This document shows positions 9,335 to 18,940 of a DNA stretch of 36,691 bases, piece by piece. Position 1 is the stretch's first letter; every line of letters begins with the position of its first letter. The DNA is taken from the IMG/VR virus record IMGVR_UViG_2718218358_000002; one strand, given 5' to 3'. Under the pieces are notes generated by a model, which was not told the origin of the DNA, did no database searches, and saw only the letters and a program-made list of their open reading frames with translations. Position numbers and translations under genes: made by a program. The stretch is from a virus. Its lineage: Duplodnaviria > Heunggongvirae > Uroviricota > Caudoviricetes.

Positions 9335-9462
9335 AGTCATGTATTACTAGGTTGCATCTATTTGCATTTGTTTTTGATGTCATTCTGTACCTTTTTTGTC
9401 AGGCCTGACGTGGTTTCAGATTACTGAGGCACTTGCATCAAAACCGCCCCATGAAGCGGGCG

Positions 9463-9481
9463 GGCGAGGCGGGGAAAGCAC
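9463..9481. other. cos site (19-nt cohesive end GGCGAGGCGGGGAAAGCAC)
   Basis: Exact match to the P2 19-nt cohesive-end sequence as I recall it, in the expected position between the old locus and Q. Confidence 0.7.
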
Positions 9482-9651
9482 TGCGCGCTGGCGGTGGTGC
9501 TGATTTTATTTTTTCAGCGTCTGAGCGCGTCGTGATAGCGTTTAGATTGTGCGCCGGGGCGCTGGTTTGCCTGCGGGCTGTTTTGTGCGGTGGTGAGCGT
9601 GTGAGGGCGTGATGACGGGGGTGTAAAAAAGCCGCCCGCAGGCGGCGATGT

Positions 9652-10686
9652 TCAGCCGTTGTCAGTGTCCAGTGAGTAGTTTTTAAAGCGGATGACCTCC
9701 TGACCGAGCCAGCCGTTTATCTCGCGGATCCTGTCCTGTAACGGGATAAGCTCATTGCGGACAAAGACCTTTGCCACTTTCTCAATATCACCCAGCGACC
9801 CGACGTTCTCCGGCTTGCCGCCCATCAACTGAAAGGGGATGCGGTGCGCGTCCAGCAGGTCAGCGGCGCTGGCTTTTTTGATATTAAAAAAATCGTCCTT
9901 CGTTGCCACTTCACTGAGCGGGATAATTTTAATGCCGTCGGCTTTCCCCTGTGGGGCATAGAGAAACAGATTTTTAAAATTATTGCGGCCTTTCGACTTC
10001 ACCATGTTTTCGCGAAGCATTTCGATATCGTTGCGATCCTGCACGGCATCGGTGACGTACATGATGTATCCGGCATGCGCGCCGTTTTCGTAATACTTGC
10101 GGCGGAACAGCGTGGCCGACTCATTCAGCCAGGCAGAGTTAAGGGCGCTGAGATATTCCGGCAGGCCGTACAGCTCCTGATTAATATCCGGCTCCAGCAG
10201 ATGAAACACGGAGCCGGGCGCGAAGGCTGTCGGCTCGTTGAAGGACGGTACCCACCAGTAAACATCCTCCTCCACGCCACGGCGGGTATATTTTGCCGGT
10301 GAGGTTTCCAGTCTGATGACCTTACCGGTGGTGCTGTAACGCTTTTCCAGAAACGCATTACCGAACACCAGAAAATCCAGCACAAAGCGGCTGAAATCCT
10401 GCTGGGAAAGCCACGGATGCGGGATAAATGTCGAGGCCAGAATATTGCGTTTGACGTAAATCGGGGAGCTGTGATGCACGGCAGCACGCAGACTTTTTGC
10501 CAGGCCGGTAAAGCTGACCGGTGGCTCATACCATCTGCCGTTACTGATGCACTCGACGTAATCCAGAATGTCACGGCGGTCGAGTACCGGCACCGGCTCG
10601 CCAAAGGTGAATGCCTCCATTTTCGGGGCGCTGGCAGTCATTGTTTTCACCGCTGGCTGCGGTGTTTTCCCTTTTTTCTTGCTCAT
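9652..10686 (-). CDS. Q: Portal protein Q, 344 aa
   Basis: 344 aa as in P2 Q; first gene of the leftward QP operon next to cos. Confidence 0.9.
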   Translation of the reverse strand: MSKKKGKTPQPAVKTMTASAPKMEAFTFGEPVPVLDRRDILDYVECISNGRWYEPPVSFTGLAKSLRAAVHHSSPIYVKRNILASTFIPHPWLSQQDFSRFVLDFLVFGNAFLEKRYSTTGKVIRLETSPAKYTRRGVEEDVYWWVPSFNEPTAFAPGSVFHLLEPDINQELYGLPEYLSALNSAWLNESATLFRRKYYENGAHAGYIMYVTDAVQDRNDIEMLRENMVKSKGRNNFKNLFLYAPQGKADGIKIIPLSEVATKDDFFNIKKASAADLLDAHRIPFQLMGGKPENVGSLGDIEKVAKVFVRNELIPLQDRIREINGWLGQEVIRFKNYSLDTDNG

Positions 10687-12458
10687 CAGTAAAACTCCAG
10701 AATGGTGGATGTCAGCGGGGTGCTGATACCGGCGGTGAGTGGCTCATTTAACAGGGCGTGCATGGTCGCCCAGGCGAGGTCGGCGTGGCTGGCTTCCTCG
10801 CTGCGGCTGGCCTCATAGGTGGCGCTGCGCCCGCTGCTGGTCATGGTCTTGCGGATAGCCATAAACGAGCTGGTGATGTCGGTGGCGCTGACGTCATATT
10901 CCAGACAGCCACGGCGGATAACGTCTTTTGCCTTGAGCACCATTGCGGTTTTCATTTCCGGTGTGTAGCGGATATCGCGCGCGGCGGGATAGAACGAGCG
11001 CACGAGCTGGAACACGCCGACACCGAGGCCGGTGGCATCAATACCGATGTATTCGACGTTATATTTTTCGGTGAGTTTTCGGATGGATTCAGCCTGGGTG
11101 GCAAAGTCCATGCCTTTCCACTGGTGACGCTCAAGTATTCTGAATTTGCCTCCGGCCACCACCGGCGGTGCCAGTACCACGCATCCGGCACTGTCGCCAC
11201 GGTGTGACGGGTCGTAACCAATCCATACCGGGCGGGAGCCGAACGGATTTGCGGCAAAGGGTGCATAGTCTTCCCATTCTTCCAGCGTGTCGACCATGCA
11301 GCGTTGCAGCTCCTCGAACGGGAACACCGATGCCTTGTCGTCAACAAATTCACACATGAACAGGTTTTTAAAATCGTCGGCGCTGTTTTCGCGTTTGAGC
11401 TGCTCAATGTCGAACAGCGTGCAGCCACCTTTCAGGGCGTCCTCAATGGTGACAATCTGCCGCCACTGGCCGTCCGCACAGAGAAGACCTCCGGCAAGGG
11501 CGTTATGACTGACGTCGATTTCCACGCGTTCGGCGGCGCTGGCGCGTCCCCGGTTAAACAGTTCACCGGACCAGAACGGATAGGCGTCGTGCGCCAGCGT
11601 GGACGGGGTGGAAAAATAGGTCGAGCGCAGGTGACTCTGTGAGGCCATACCTGATGCCACCTTACGCAGTACCTGAAAATTCGGGATCCAGAAAATCTCG
11701 TCGACGTACAGGTCGCCGTTATGGCTCTGCGCGGTGTTGGAGTTGGTGCCGAGAAAAATCAGTTTTGCGCCGTTATTGCCCAGGACAATCGGGTCACCGG
11801 TCAGGTCAACGTCAACCAGACGGGCAAAGGCGATGATGTATTCACGGAATACATACGCCTGCGTTTTACTGGCCGACAGAAAAATCTGGTTATGACCGGT
11901 TTTCAGGGCACGCAGCAGCGCCTCGCGGGAAAAATAAAACGTCGCGCCAATCTGGCGGGACTTCAGGATATCGCGGATGCGGTGCTCAAGCCCGGCGCGA
12001 TACCAGTGCAACTGATAGTCGAAAGACTGCTCAAAGAAAATCTGCTCCAGCTTTTCGATGGCTTCGTCGCTGAAAAAATTCTTTTTCGGTTTGCGACGCC
12101 CGCCTTTGTTGCGGTTAGCGACGTTCGGATTAAGGTCTGCCTCGTTGCCGGTCTGACTGTAACGGTTGACCCGTGCCAGTCGTTCAATCTGGCGTCCCAG
12201 CAGGTCAATTTCCTTGAAGTCACCGCCGGTTTTCTGCGGTTTGATGATGAGCTGGGTCAGCCGCGCTTCCAGGCTCATTTCGACACGGCTGATGGGGGCA
12301 ACACTGTCCCAGCCGTCGCGCTGTTTCCAGCTCTGCACCGTCGGGCGTTTCATCTGCAACATGGCGGCAATCTGCGGCACGGAAAACCCCTGCCAGTACA
12401 GCAGCGCCGCCTGACGACGCGGGTCGTGTAAAAGAGTGGTGTCTGTGGTGATGGTCAT
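10686..12458 (-). CDS. P: Terminase large (ATPase) subunit P, 590 aa from ATG (MTITTD...)
   Basis: Size as in P2 P; the ORF-track start at 12488 is a TTG extension; stop overlaps Q start. Confidence 0.9.
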   Translation of the reverse strand: MTITTDTTLLHDPRRQAALLYWQGFSVPQIAAMLQMKRPTVQSWKQRDGWDSVAPISRVEMSLEARLTQLIIKPQKTGGDFKEIDLLGRQIERLARVNRYSQTGNEADLNPNVANRNKGGRRKPKKNFFSDEAIEKLEQIFFEQSFDYQLHWYRAGLEHRIRDILKSRQIGATFYFSREALLRALKTGHNQIFLSASKTQAYVFREYIIAFARLVDVDLTGDPIVLGNNGAKLIFLGTNSNTAQSHNGDLYVDEIFWIPNFQVLRKVASGMASQSHLRSTYFSTPSTLAHDAYPFWSGELFNRGRASAAERVEIDVSHNALAGGLLCADGQWRQIVTIEDALKGGCTLFDIEQLKRENSADDFKNLFMCEFVDDKASVFPFEELQRCMVDTLEEWEDYAPFAANPFGSRPVWIGYDPSHRGDSAGCVVLAPPVVAGGKFRILERHQWKGMDFATQAESIRKLTEKYNVEYIGIDATGLGVGVFQLVRSFYPAARDIRYTPEMKTAMVLKAKDVIRRGCLEYDVSATDITSSFMAIRKTMTSSGRSATYEASRSEEASHADLAWATMHALLNEPLTAGISTPLTSTILEFY

Positions 12459-12631
12459 GAATACCTCGCCGTGATGAATACACGGCAAGGCTACTGAGTC
12501 GCGCCCCGCGATTCGCTAAGGTGCTGTTGTGTCAGTGATAAGCCATCCGGGACTGATGGCGGAGGATGCGCATCGTCGGGAAACTGATGCCGACATGTGA
12601 CTCCTCTAATCACTATTCAGGACTCCTGACA

Positions 12632-13486
12632 ATGGCAAAAAAAGTCTCAAAATTCTTTCGTATCGGCGTTGAGGGTGACACCTGTGACGGGCGTGTCATC
12701 AGTGCGCAGGATATTCAGGAAATGGCCGAAAACTTTGACCCGCGAGTCTATGGTTGCCGCATTAACCTGGAACATCTGCGCGGCATCCTGCCTGACGGTA
12801 TTTTTAAACGTTATGGCGATGTGGTCGAACTGAAGGCCGAAAAGATTGACGATGATTCGGCGCTGAAAGGCAAATGGGCTCTGTTTGCGAAAATCACCCC
12901 GACCGATGACCTTATCGCGATGAACAAGGCCGCGCAGAAGGTCTACACCTCAATGGAAATTCAGCCGAACTTTGCCAACACCGGCAAATGTTATCTGGTG
13001 GGGCTGGCCGTCACCGATGACCCGGCAAGCCTCGGCACGGAATACCTGGAATTCTGCCGCACCGCAAAACACAACCCCCTGAACCGCTTCAAATTAAGCC
13101 CTGAAAACCTGATTTCAGTGGCAACGCCCGTTGAGCTGGAATTTGAAGACCTGTCTGAAACCGTGTTCACCGCCCTGACCGAAAAGGTGAAATCCATTTT
13201 TGGCCGCAAACAGGCCAGCGATGACGCCCGTCTGAATGACGTGTATGAAGCGGTGACCGCTGTTGCTGAACATGTGCAGGAAAAACTGAGCGCCACTGAG
13301 CAGCGCCTCGCTGAGATGGAAACTGCCTTTTCCGCTCTTAAGCAGGAGGTGACTGACAGGGCGGATGAAACCAGCCAGGCATTCACCCGCCTGAAAAACA
13401 GTCTCGACAACACCGAAAGTCTGACCCAGCAGCGCCGCAGCAAGGCCACCGGTGGTGGCGGTGACGCCCTGATGACGAACTGCTGA
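12632..13486 (+). CDS. O: Capsid scaffolding protein O, 284 aa
   Basis: ATG at 12632 (MAKKVSKFF) gives 284 aa as in P2 O; divergent from P. Confidence 0.85.
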   Translation: MAKKVSKFFRIGVEGDTCDGRVISAQDIQEMAENFDPRVYGCRINLEHLRGILPDGIFKRYGDVVELKAEKIDDDSALKGKWALFAKITPTDDLIAMNKAAQKVYTSMEIQPNFANTGKCYLVGLAVTDDPASLGTEYLEFCRTAKHNPLNRFKLSPENLISVATPVELEFEDLSETVFTALTEKVKSIFGRKQASDDARLNDVYEAVTAVAEHVQEKLSATEQRLAEMETAFSALKQEVTDRADETSQAFTRLKNSLDNTESLTQQRRSKATGGGGDALMTNC

Positions 13487-13544
13487 CCGGCGTCAGTCAG
13501 TCCGGGAAAACCTTCACGATTAACCCTTAACTTCAGGAAAAACT

Positions 13545-14618
13545 ATGCGCCAGGAAACCCGCTTTAAATTTAATGCTTACCTGTCCCGTGTTGCCGAACT
13601 GAACGGCATCGACGCCGGTGATGTGTCGAAAAAATTCACCGTTGAACCGTCGGTCACCCAGACCCTGATGAACACCATGCAGGAGTCCTCTGATTTTCTG
13701 ACCCGCATCAACATTGTGCCGGTCAGCGAAATGAAAGGGGAAAAAATTGGTATTGGTGTCACCGGCTCCATCGCCAGCACCACCGACACCGCCGGTGGCA
13801 CCGAGCGTCAGCCGAAGGACTTCTCGAAGCTGGCGTCAAACAAGTACGAATGCGACCAGATTAACTTCGATTTTTATATCCGCTACAAAACGCTGGACCT
13901 GTGGGCGCGTTATCAGGATTTCCAGCTCCGTATCCGTAACGCCATTATCAAACGCCAGTCCCTTGATTTCATCATGGCCGGTTTTAACGGCGTGAAGCGT
14001 GCCGAAACCTCTGACCGCAGCAGCAATCCGATGCTGCAGGATGTGGCGGTCGGCTGGCTGCAGAAATACCGCAATGAAGCCCCGGCGCGCGTGATGAGCA
14101 AGGTCACTGACGAGGAAGGCCGCACCACCTCTGAGGTTATCCGCGTGGGTAAGGGCGGTGATTATGCCAGCCTTGATGCACTGGTGATGGATGCGACCAA
14201 CAACCTGATTGAGCCGTGGTATCAGGAAGACCCTGACCTTGTGGTGATTGTGGGACGTCAGCTACTGGCGGACAAGTATTTTCCCATCGTCAACAAGGAG
14301 CAGGACAACAGCGAAATGCTGGCCGCTGACGTCATCATCAGCCAGAAACGCATCGGCAACCTGCCAGCGGTACGCGTCCCGTACTTCCCGGCGGATGCGA
14401 TGCTCATCACGAAGCTGGAAAACCTGTCCATCTACTACATGGATGACAGCCATCGCCGCGTGATTGAGGAAAACCCGAAACTCGACCGCGTGGAGAACTA
14501 CGAGTCAATGAACATTGATTACGTGGTGGAGGACTACGCCGCCGGTTGTCTGGTGGAAAAAATTAAGGTCGGTGATTTCTCCACACCGGCTAAAGCGACC
14601 GCAGAGCCGGGAGCGTAA
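13545..14618 (+). CDS. N: Major capsid protein N, 357 aa
   Basis: 357 aa as in P2 N; position after O. Confidence 0.9.
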   Translation: MRQETRFKFNAYLSRVAELNGIDAGDVSKKFTVEPSVTQTLMNTMQESSDFLTRINIVPVSEMKGEKIGIGVTGSIASTTDTAGGTERQPKDFSKLASNKYECDQINFDFYIRYKTLDLWARYQDFQLRIRNAIIKRQSLDFIMAGFNGVKRAETSDRSSNPMLQDVAVGWLQKYRNEAPARVMSKVTDEEGRTTSEVIRVGKGGDYASLDALVMDATNNLIEPWYQEDPDLVVIVGRQLLADKYFPIVNKEQDNSEMLAADVIISQKRIGNLPAVRVPYFPADAMLITKLENLSIYYMDDSHRRVIEENPKLDRVENYESMNIDYVVEDYAAGCLVEKIKVGDFSTPAKATAEPGA

Positions 14619-14621
14619 CCG

Positions 14622-15371
14622 ATGACGAGTCCCGCACAGCGCCACATGATGCGGGTCTCGGCAGCGATGACCGCGCAGCGGGAAGCCGCCCCGCTGCGAC
14701 ATGCAACTGTCTATGAGCAGATGCTGGTCAAGCTGGCCGCAGACCAGCGCACACTGAAAGCGATTTATTCAAAAGAGCTGAAGGCCGCGAAAAAACGCGA
14801 ACTGCTGCCGTTCTGGTTGCCGTGGGTGAACGGCGTGCTGGAGCAGGGCAAAGGTGCACAGGATGACATTCTGATGACGGTCATGCTGTGGCGTCTGGAT
14901 ACCGGCGATATTGCCGGTGCGCTGGAGATTGCCCGTTATGCCCTGAAGTACGGTCTGACCATGCCGGGTAAACACCGCCGCACCCCGCCGTACATGTTCA
15001 CCGAGGAGGTGGCGCTCGCGGCCATGCGCGCCCACGCTGCCGGTGAGTCTGTGGATACCCGCCTGCTGACGGAGACCCTTGAACTGACCGCCACGGCAGA
15101 CATGCCTGATGAAGTGCGCGCAAAGCTGCACAAAATCACCGGTCTGTTTCTGCGTGACGGTGGTGATGCCGCCGGTGCGCTGGCGCACCTGCAACGTGCG
15201 ACACAGCTCGACTGTCAGGCAGGCGTCAAAAAAGAGATTGAACGACTGGAGCGGGAGCTGAAACCGAAGCCGGAGCCGCAGCCGCAGCCAAAAGCGGCCA
15301 CCCGTACCCCGCGTAAGACCCGGAGCGTGACACCGGCAAAACGTGGACGCCCGAAAAAGAAAGCCAGTTAA
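14622..15371 (+). CDS. M: Terminase small (endonuclease) subunit M, 249 aa
   Basis: Position and size as P2 M; basic proline/lysine-rich C-terminus. Confidence 0.85.
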   Translation: MTSPAQRHMMRVSAAMTAQREAAPLRHATVYEQMLVKLAADQRTLKAIYSKELKAAKKRELLPFWLPWVNGVLEQGKGAQDDILMTVMLWRLDTGDIAGALEIARYALKYGLTMPGKHRRTPPYMFTEEVALAAMRAHAAGESVDTRLLTETLELTATADMPDEVRAKLHKITGLFLRDGGDAAGALAHLQRATQLDCQAGVKKEIERLERELKPKPEPQPQPKAATRTPRKTRSVTPAKRGRPKKKAS

Positions 15372-15470
15372 CAACCGAATGCGCCCCGCGCCAGGGCGGC
15401 ACGCCGGTCAGTGAGGGTGAATCATCTGACACTGCACCGGCGTCCACCGCCCGACTTTTCAGAGGTAGTC

Positions 15471-15980
15471 ATGATGACGCTGATTATTCCGCGAAAGGAG
15501 GCTCCCGTGTCCGGTGAGGGTACGGTGGTCATCCCGCAACCGGCAGGCGACGAGCCGGTGATTAAAAACACGTTCTTTTTTCCCGATATCGACCCGAAGC
15601 GCGTCCGGGAACGTATGCGCCTTGAGCAGACTGTCGCCCCCGCCCGTCTGCGTGAGGCCATCAAGTCAGGCATGGCGGAAACAAATGCGGAGCTGTACGA
15701 GTACCGCGAACAGAAAATTGCCGCCGGTTTTACGCGTCTGGCGGACGTCCCGGCGGACGACATCGACGGTGAAAGCATCAGGGTTTTTTACTACGAGCGC
15801 GCCGTGTGTGCGATGGCGACCGCGTCGCTGTATGAGCGTTATCGCGGCGTGGATGCCAGTGCGAAAGGCGACAAGAAGGCTGACAGCATTGACAGCACCA
15901 TTGATGAGCTGTGGCGGGATATGCGCTGGGCGGTGGCGCGCATCCAGGACAAGCCGCGCTGCATCGTGAGTCAAATCTGA
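15471..15980 (+). CDS. L: Head completion protein L, 169 aa
   Basis: ATG at 15471 with AGAGG RBS gives 169 aa as in P2 L. Confidence 0.85.
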   Translation: MMTLIIPRKEAPVSGEGTVVIPQPAGDEPVIKNTFFFPDIDPKRVRERMRLEQTVAPARLREAIKSGMAETNAELYEYREQKIAAGFTRLADVPADDIDGESIRVFYYERAVCAMATASLYERYRGVDASAKGDKKADSIDSTIDELWRDMRWAVARIQDKPRCIVSQI

Positions 15981-16183
15981 TGAAGACCTTTGCGCTACAG
16001 GGCGACACGCTCGACGCCATTTGTGTCCGGTATTACGGGCGCACTGAGGGCGTGGTTGAGACCGTGCTCGCCGCAAATCCGGGACTGGCTGAACTGGGCG
16101 CGGTGCTGCCGCACGGCACCGCCGTCGAACTGCCCGACGTTCAGACCGCGCCCGTGGCTGAAACTGTCAATCTGTGGGAGTAA
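15980..16183 (+). CDS. X: Tail protein X, 67 aa
   Basis: ATGA start/stop overlap with L; 67 aa as in P2 X. Confidence 0.8.
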   Translation: MKTFALQGDTLDAICVRYYGRTEGVVETVLAANPGLAELGAVLPHGTAVELPDVQTAPVAETVNLWE

Positions 16184-16186
16184 CGC

Positions 16187-16468
16187 ATGACAGCAGAAGA
16201 AAAAAGCGTCCTGTCACTTTTCATGATTGGGGTGCTGATTGTTGTCGGCAAGGTGCTTGCCGGTGGTGAACCCATCACCCCGCGTCTGTTTATCGGGCGC
16301 ATGTTGCTCGGTGGTTTTGTCTCGATGGTTGCCGGTGTTGTTCTGGTGCAGTTTCCTGACCTGTCATTGCCTGCGGTGTGCGGCATCGGCTCCATGCTGG
16401 GTATCGCCGGTTATCAGGTGATTGAGATTGCCATTCAGCGCCGCTTTAAGGGCAGGGGGAAACCGTAA
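16187..16468 (+). CDS. Y: Holin Y, 93 aa
   Basis: 93 aa, hydrophobic membrane protein in the lysis cassette position. Confidence 0.85.
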   Translation: MTAEEKSVLSLFMIGVLIVVGKVLAGGEPITPRLFIGRMLLGGFVSMVAGVVLVQFPDLSLPAVCGIGSMLGIAGYQVIEIAIQRRFKGRGKP

Positions 16469-16965
16469 TGCCGGTTATTAACACGCATCAGAATATCGCC
16501 GCCTTTCTCGACATGCTGGCCGTGTCCGAAGGGACGGCGAACCATCCGCTGACGAAAAACCGGGGCTATGACGTGATAGTCACCGGACTGGACGGAAAGC
16601 CGGAAATTTTCACCGACTACAGTGACCACCCGTTCGCACATGGCCGACCGGCGAAGGTGTTTAACCGTCGCGGTGAAAAATCCACGGCCTCCGGTCGCTA
16701 TCAGCAGCTTTACCTGTTCTGGCCGCATTACCGCAAACAGCTTGCCCTGCCGGATTTCAGTCCGTTGTCACAGGACAGACTCGCCATTCAGTTGATCCGC
16801 GAACGCGGTGCGCTGGATGACATCCGGGCGGGACGTATTGAGCGCGCCATTTCACGCTGTCGCAATATCTGGGCGTCCCTGCCGGGTGCCGGTTACGGTC
16901 AGCGTGAGCATTCACTGGAAAAACTGGTCACCGTCTGGCGTACCGCTGGCGGCGTACCGGCTTAA
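16468..16965 (+). CDS. K: Endolysin K (lysozyme), 165 aa
   Basis: 165 aa as in P2 K; follows the holin. Confidence 0.85.
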   Translation: MPVINTHQNIAAFLDMLAVSEGTANHPLTKNRGYDVIVTGLDGKPEIFTDYSDHPFAHGRPAKVFNRRGEKSTASGRYQQLYLFWPHYRKQLALPDFSPLSQDRLAIQLIRERGALDDIRAGRIERAISRCRNIWASLPGAGYGQREHSLEKLVTVWRTAGGVPA

Positions 16966-16979
16966 ACGGAGTAAACACC

Positions 16980-17405
16980 ATGAAGAAATTATCCCTTTCA
17001 CAGATGCTGAACGTGTCGCTGGCGCTGATGCTGGCACTGTCCCTGATTTACCCGCAGAGCGTGGCCGTCAATTTTGTCGCCGCCTGGGCGATTCTGGCGA
17101 CGGTTATCTGTGTGGTTACCGGTGGTGTCGGGGTGTATGCCACTGAGTATGTGCTGGAACGCTACGGGCGGGAGCTGCCGCCGGAATCGCTGGCCGTGAA
17201 GATTGTCACGTCGCTGTTTTTGCAGCCGGTGCCGTGGCGCAGACGGGCGGCGGCTCTGGTGGTGATGGTGGCGACGTTTATCGCGCTGGTCGCTGCCGGG
17301 TGGATTTTTACCGCGCTGATTTATCTTGTGGCGTCGGTGTTCTTCCGGCTGATACGTACGGCCTGCCGTCAGCGTTTTGAGGGGCGGGAACCATGTCAAA
17401 GCTGA
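16980..17405 (+). CDS. lysA: Lysis accessory membrane protein LysA, 141 aa
   Basis: 141 aa, multi-TM hydrophobic protein after K. Confidence 0.8.
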   Translation: MKKLSLSQMLNVSLALMLALSLIYPQSVAVNFVAAWAILATVICVVTGGVGVYATEYVLERYGRELPPESLAVKIVTSLFLQPVPWRRRAAALVVMVATFIALVAAGWIFTALIYLVASVFFRLIRTACRQRFEGREPCQS

Positions 17406-17818
17406 TGATTGTGCTGGTTGTGTTGTTATCACTGGCGGTGCCGGGGCTGTTTCTGGTGAAGCATGAAAATGCCAGCCTGCGCACCTCACTGGACAGGGCG
17501 AACAGCGTCGCCAGCGGGCAGCAGACGACCATCACCATGCTGAAAAATCAGCTTCATGTTGCACTCACCAGGGCAGACAAAAACGAGCTGGCGCAGGTGG
17601 CACTGCGTCAGGAACTGGAGAACGCCGCGAAGCGTGAAGCACTGCGCGAGAAAACCATCACGAGGTTACTTAATGAAAACGAGGATTTCCGCCGCTGGTA
17701 TGGCGCTGACCTGCCTGATGCTGTGCGCCGGTTGCACCAGCGTCCGGCCTGCACTGACGCCAGTGATTGTCGCCAACGCCTGCCCGAAAGTGAGCCTTTG
17801 CCCGATGCCGGGCAGTGA
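17393..17818 (+). CDS. lysB: i-spanin LysB (Rz-like), 141 aa
   Basis: 141 aa, N-terminal TM then coiled-coil-like region. Confidence 0.8.
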   Translation: MSKLMIVLVVLLSLAVPGLFLVKHENASLRTSLDRANSVASGQQTTITMLKNQLHVALTRADKNELAQVALRQELENAAKREALREKTITRLLNENEDFRRWYGADLPDAVRRLHQRPACTDASDCRQRLPESEPLPDAGQ

Positions 17819-17963
17819 CCCGCAGAAGAACGGCGATTTAAGTGCCGATATCCGGCAGCTTGAGAACGCGCTGGCACGCTGTGCCAGCCAGGTAAAAATG
17901 ATTAAACACTGTCAGGACGAAAACGATGCTCAAACCCGACAGCCTGCGCAGGGCGCTGACTGA
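17673..17963 (+). CDS. lysC: o-spanin LysC (Rz1-like lipoprotein), 96 aa, embedded out of frame in lysB
   Basis: ATG at 17673 inside lysB in another frame; signal peptide with lipobox LCAGC; 96 aa as in P2 LysC. Confidence 0.7.
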   Translation: MKTRISAAGMALTCLMLCAGCTSVRPALTPVIVANACPKVSLCPMPGSDPQKNGDLSADIRQLENALARCASQVKMIKHCQDENDAQTRQPAQGAD

Positions 17964-18393
17964 TGCCGTCACGGTGCTGAAAACTAACCCCGATATGCTG
18001 CGGATATTCGTGGATAACGGGAGTATTGCCTCCACACTGGCGACGTCGCTGTCGTTCGAAAAGCGTTACACGCTCAATGTCATTGTGACCGACTTTACCG
18101 GTGATTTTGACCTGCTCATCGTGCCGGTGCTGGCGTGGCTGCGGGAAAATCAGCCCGACATCATGACCACCGACGAAGGCCAGAAAAAGGGCTTCACGTT
18201 TTATGCAGACATCAACAATGACAGCAGCTTTGATATCAGCATCAGCCTGATGCTGACCGAGCGCACGCTGGTCAGTGAGGTGGACGGCGCGCTGCATGTG
18301 AAGAATATCCCGGAACCTCCGCCGCCGGAGCCGGTCACCCGCCCGATGGAGCTTTATATCAATGGCGAACTGGTGAGTAAGTGGGATGAATGA
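17926..18393 (+). CDS. R: Tail completion protein R, 155 aa
   Basis: 155 aa as in P2 R. Confidence 0.85.
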   Translation: MLKPDSLRRALTDAVTVLKTNPDMLRIFVDNGSIASTLATSLSFEKRYTLNVIVTDFTGDFDLLIVPVLAWLRENQPDIMTTDEGQKKGFTFYADINNDSSFDISISLMLTERTLVSEVDGALHVKNIPEPPPPEPVTRPMELYINGELVSKWDE

Positions 18394-18838
18394 GTTTAAG
18401 CGTTTTGAAGACAGGCTGACCGGACTGATTGAGTCGCTGTCACCGTCAGGGCGTCGGCGACTGAGCGCCGAACTGGCGAAACGTCTGCGTCAGAGTCAGC
18501 AGCGTCGGGTGATGGCACAGAAAGCCCCGGACGGCACACCCTACGCACCACGCCAGCAGCAGAGCGCCAGAAAAAAGACCGGTCGCGTTAAGCGAAAAAT
18601 GTTTGCGAAACTTATCACCAGTCGTTTTTTGCATATCCGCGCCAGCCCTGAACAGGCATCAATGGAGTTTTACGGCGGGAAGTCACCGAAAATAGCCAGT
18701 GTGCATCAGTTCGGTCTGTCGGAAGAAACCCGGAAAGACGGTAAGAAAATTGAATATCCGGCGCGTCCTCTGCTCGGCTTTACCGGTGAGGATGTGCAGA
18801 TGATTGAAGAGATTATCCTGGCTCACCTGAATCGTTAG
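18386..18838 (+). CDS. S: Tail completion protein S, 150 aa
   Basis: 150 aa as in P2 S. Confidence 0.85.
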   Translation: MNEFKRFEDRLTGLIESLSPSGRRRLSAELAKRLRQSQQRRVMAQKAPDGTPYAPRQQQSARKKTGRVKRKMFAKLITSRFLHIRASPEQASMEFYGGKSPKIASVHQFGLSEETRKDGKKIEYPARPLLGFTGEDVQMIEEIILAHLNR

Positions 18839-18913
18839 CTTTAATCATCTGAGAATATAAGATAGAAATCAATTGATTAGCATAATTTATTTTGAATTTT
18901 CATGTTAATAAAT

Positions 18914-18936
18914 AAAAGGCCAGTTATTGGCCTTTT
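18914..18936. terminator. Bidirectional intrinsic terminator between convergent S and the minus-strand cargo gene
   Basis: AAAAGGCCA-GTTAT-TGGCCTTTT: GC stem flanked by A-run and T-run, so it reads as a terminator on both strands. Confidence 0.6.
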
Positions 18937-18940
18937 ATCA

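Noticed and set aside
10125-12483. Numerous ORFs on both strands overlapping Q and P (for example 10125-10604, 10952-11428, 11721-12431)
   Set aside because: Arg/Pro/Ala-rich translations typical of off-frame reading of GC-rich coding DNA; Q and P frames are full length and P2-sized.
12459-12631. Explicit Ogr-binding late promoters (TGT-N12-ACA dyads) in the P/O divergent region and upstream of V and FI
   Set aside because: Late promoters are expected here, but I could not find an unambiguous match to the dyad by eye, so no coordinates are asserted; a motif scan is needed.
12991-15778. Antisense and off-frame ORFs across O, N, M and L (for example 12991-13449, 14769-15374, 15422-15778)
   Set aside because: Same reasoning: embedded in high-confidence structural genes, no independent start signals.
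15666-18297. ORFs antisense to or out of frame with X, Y, K, lysA, lysB and R (for example 15666-16076, 16998-17489, 17902-18297), other than lysC
   Set aside because: Only the lipobox-containing lysC frame has a biological rationale; the others are GC-rich antisense artefacts.
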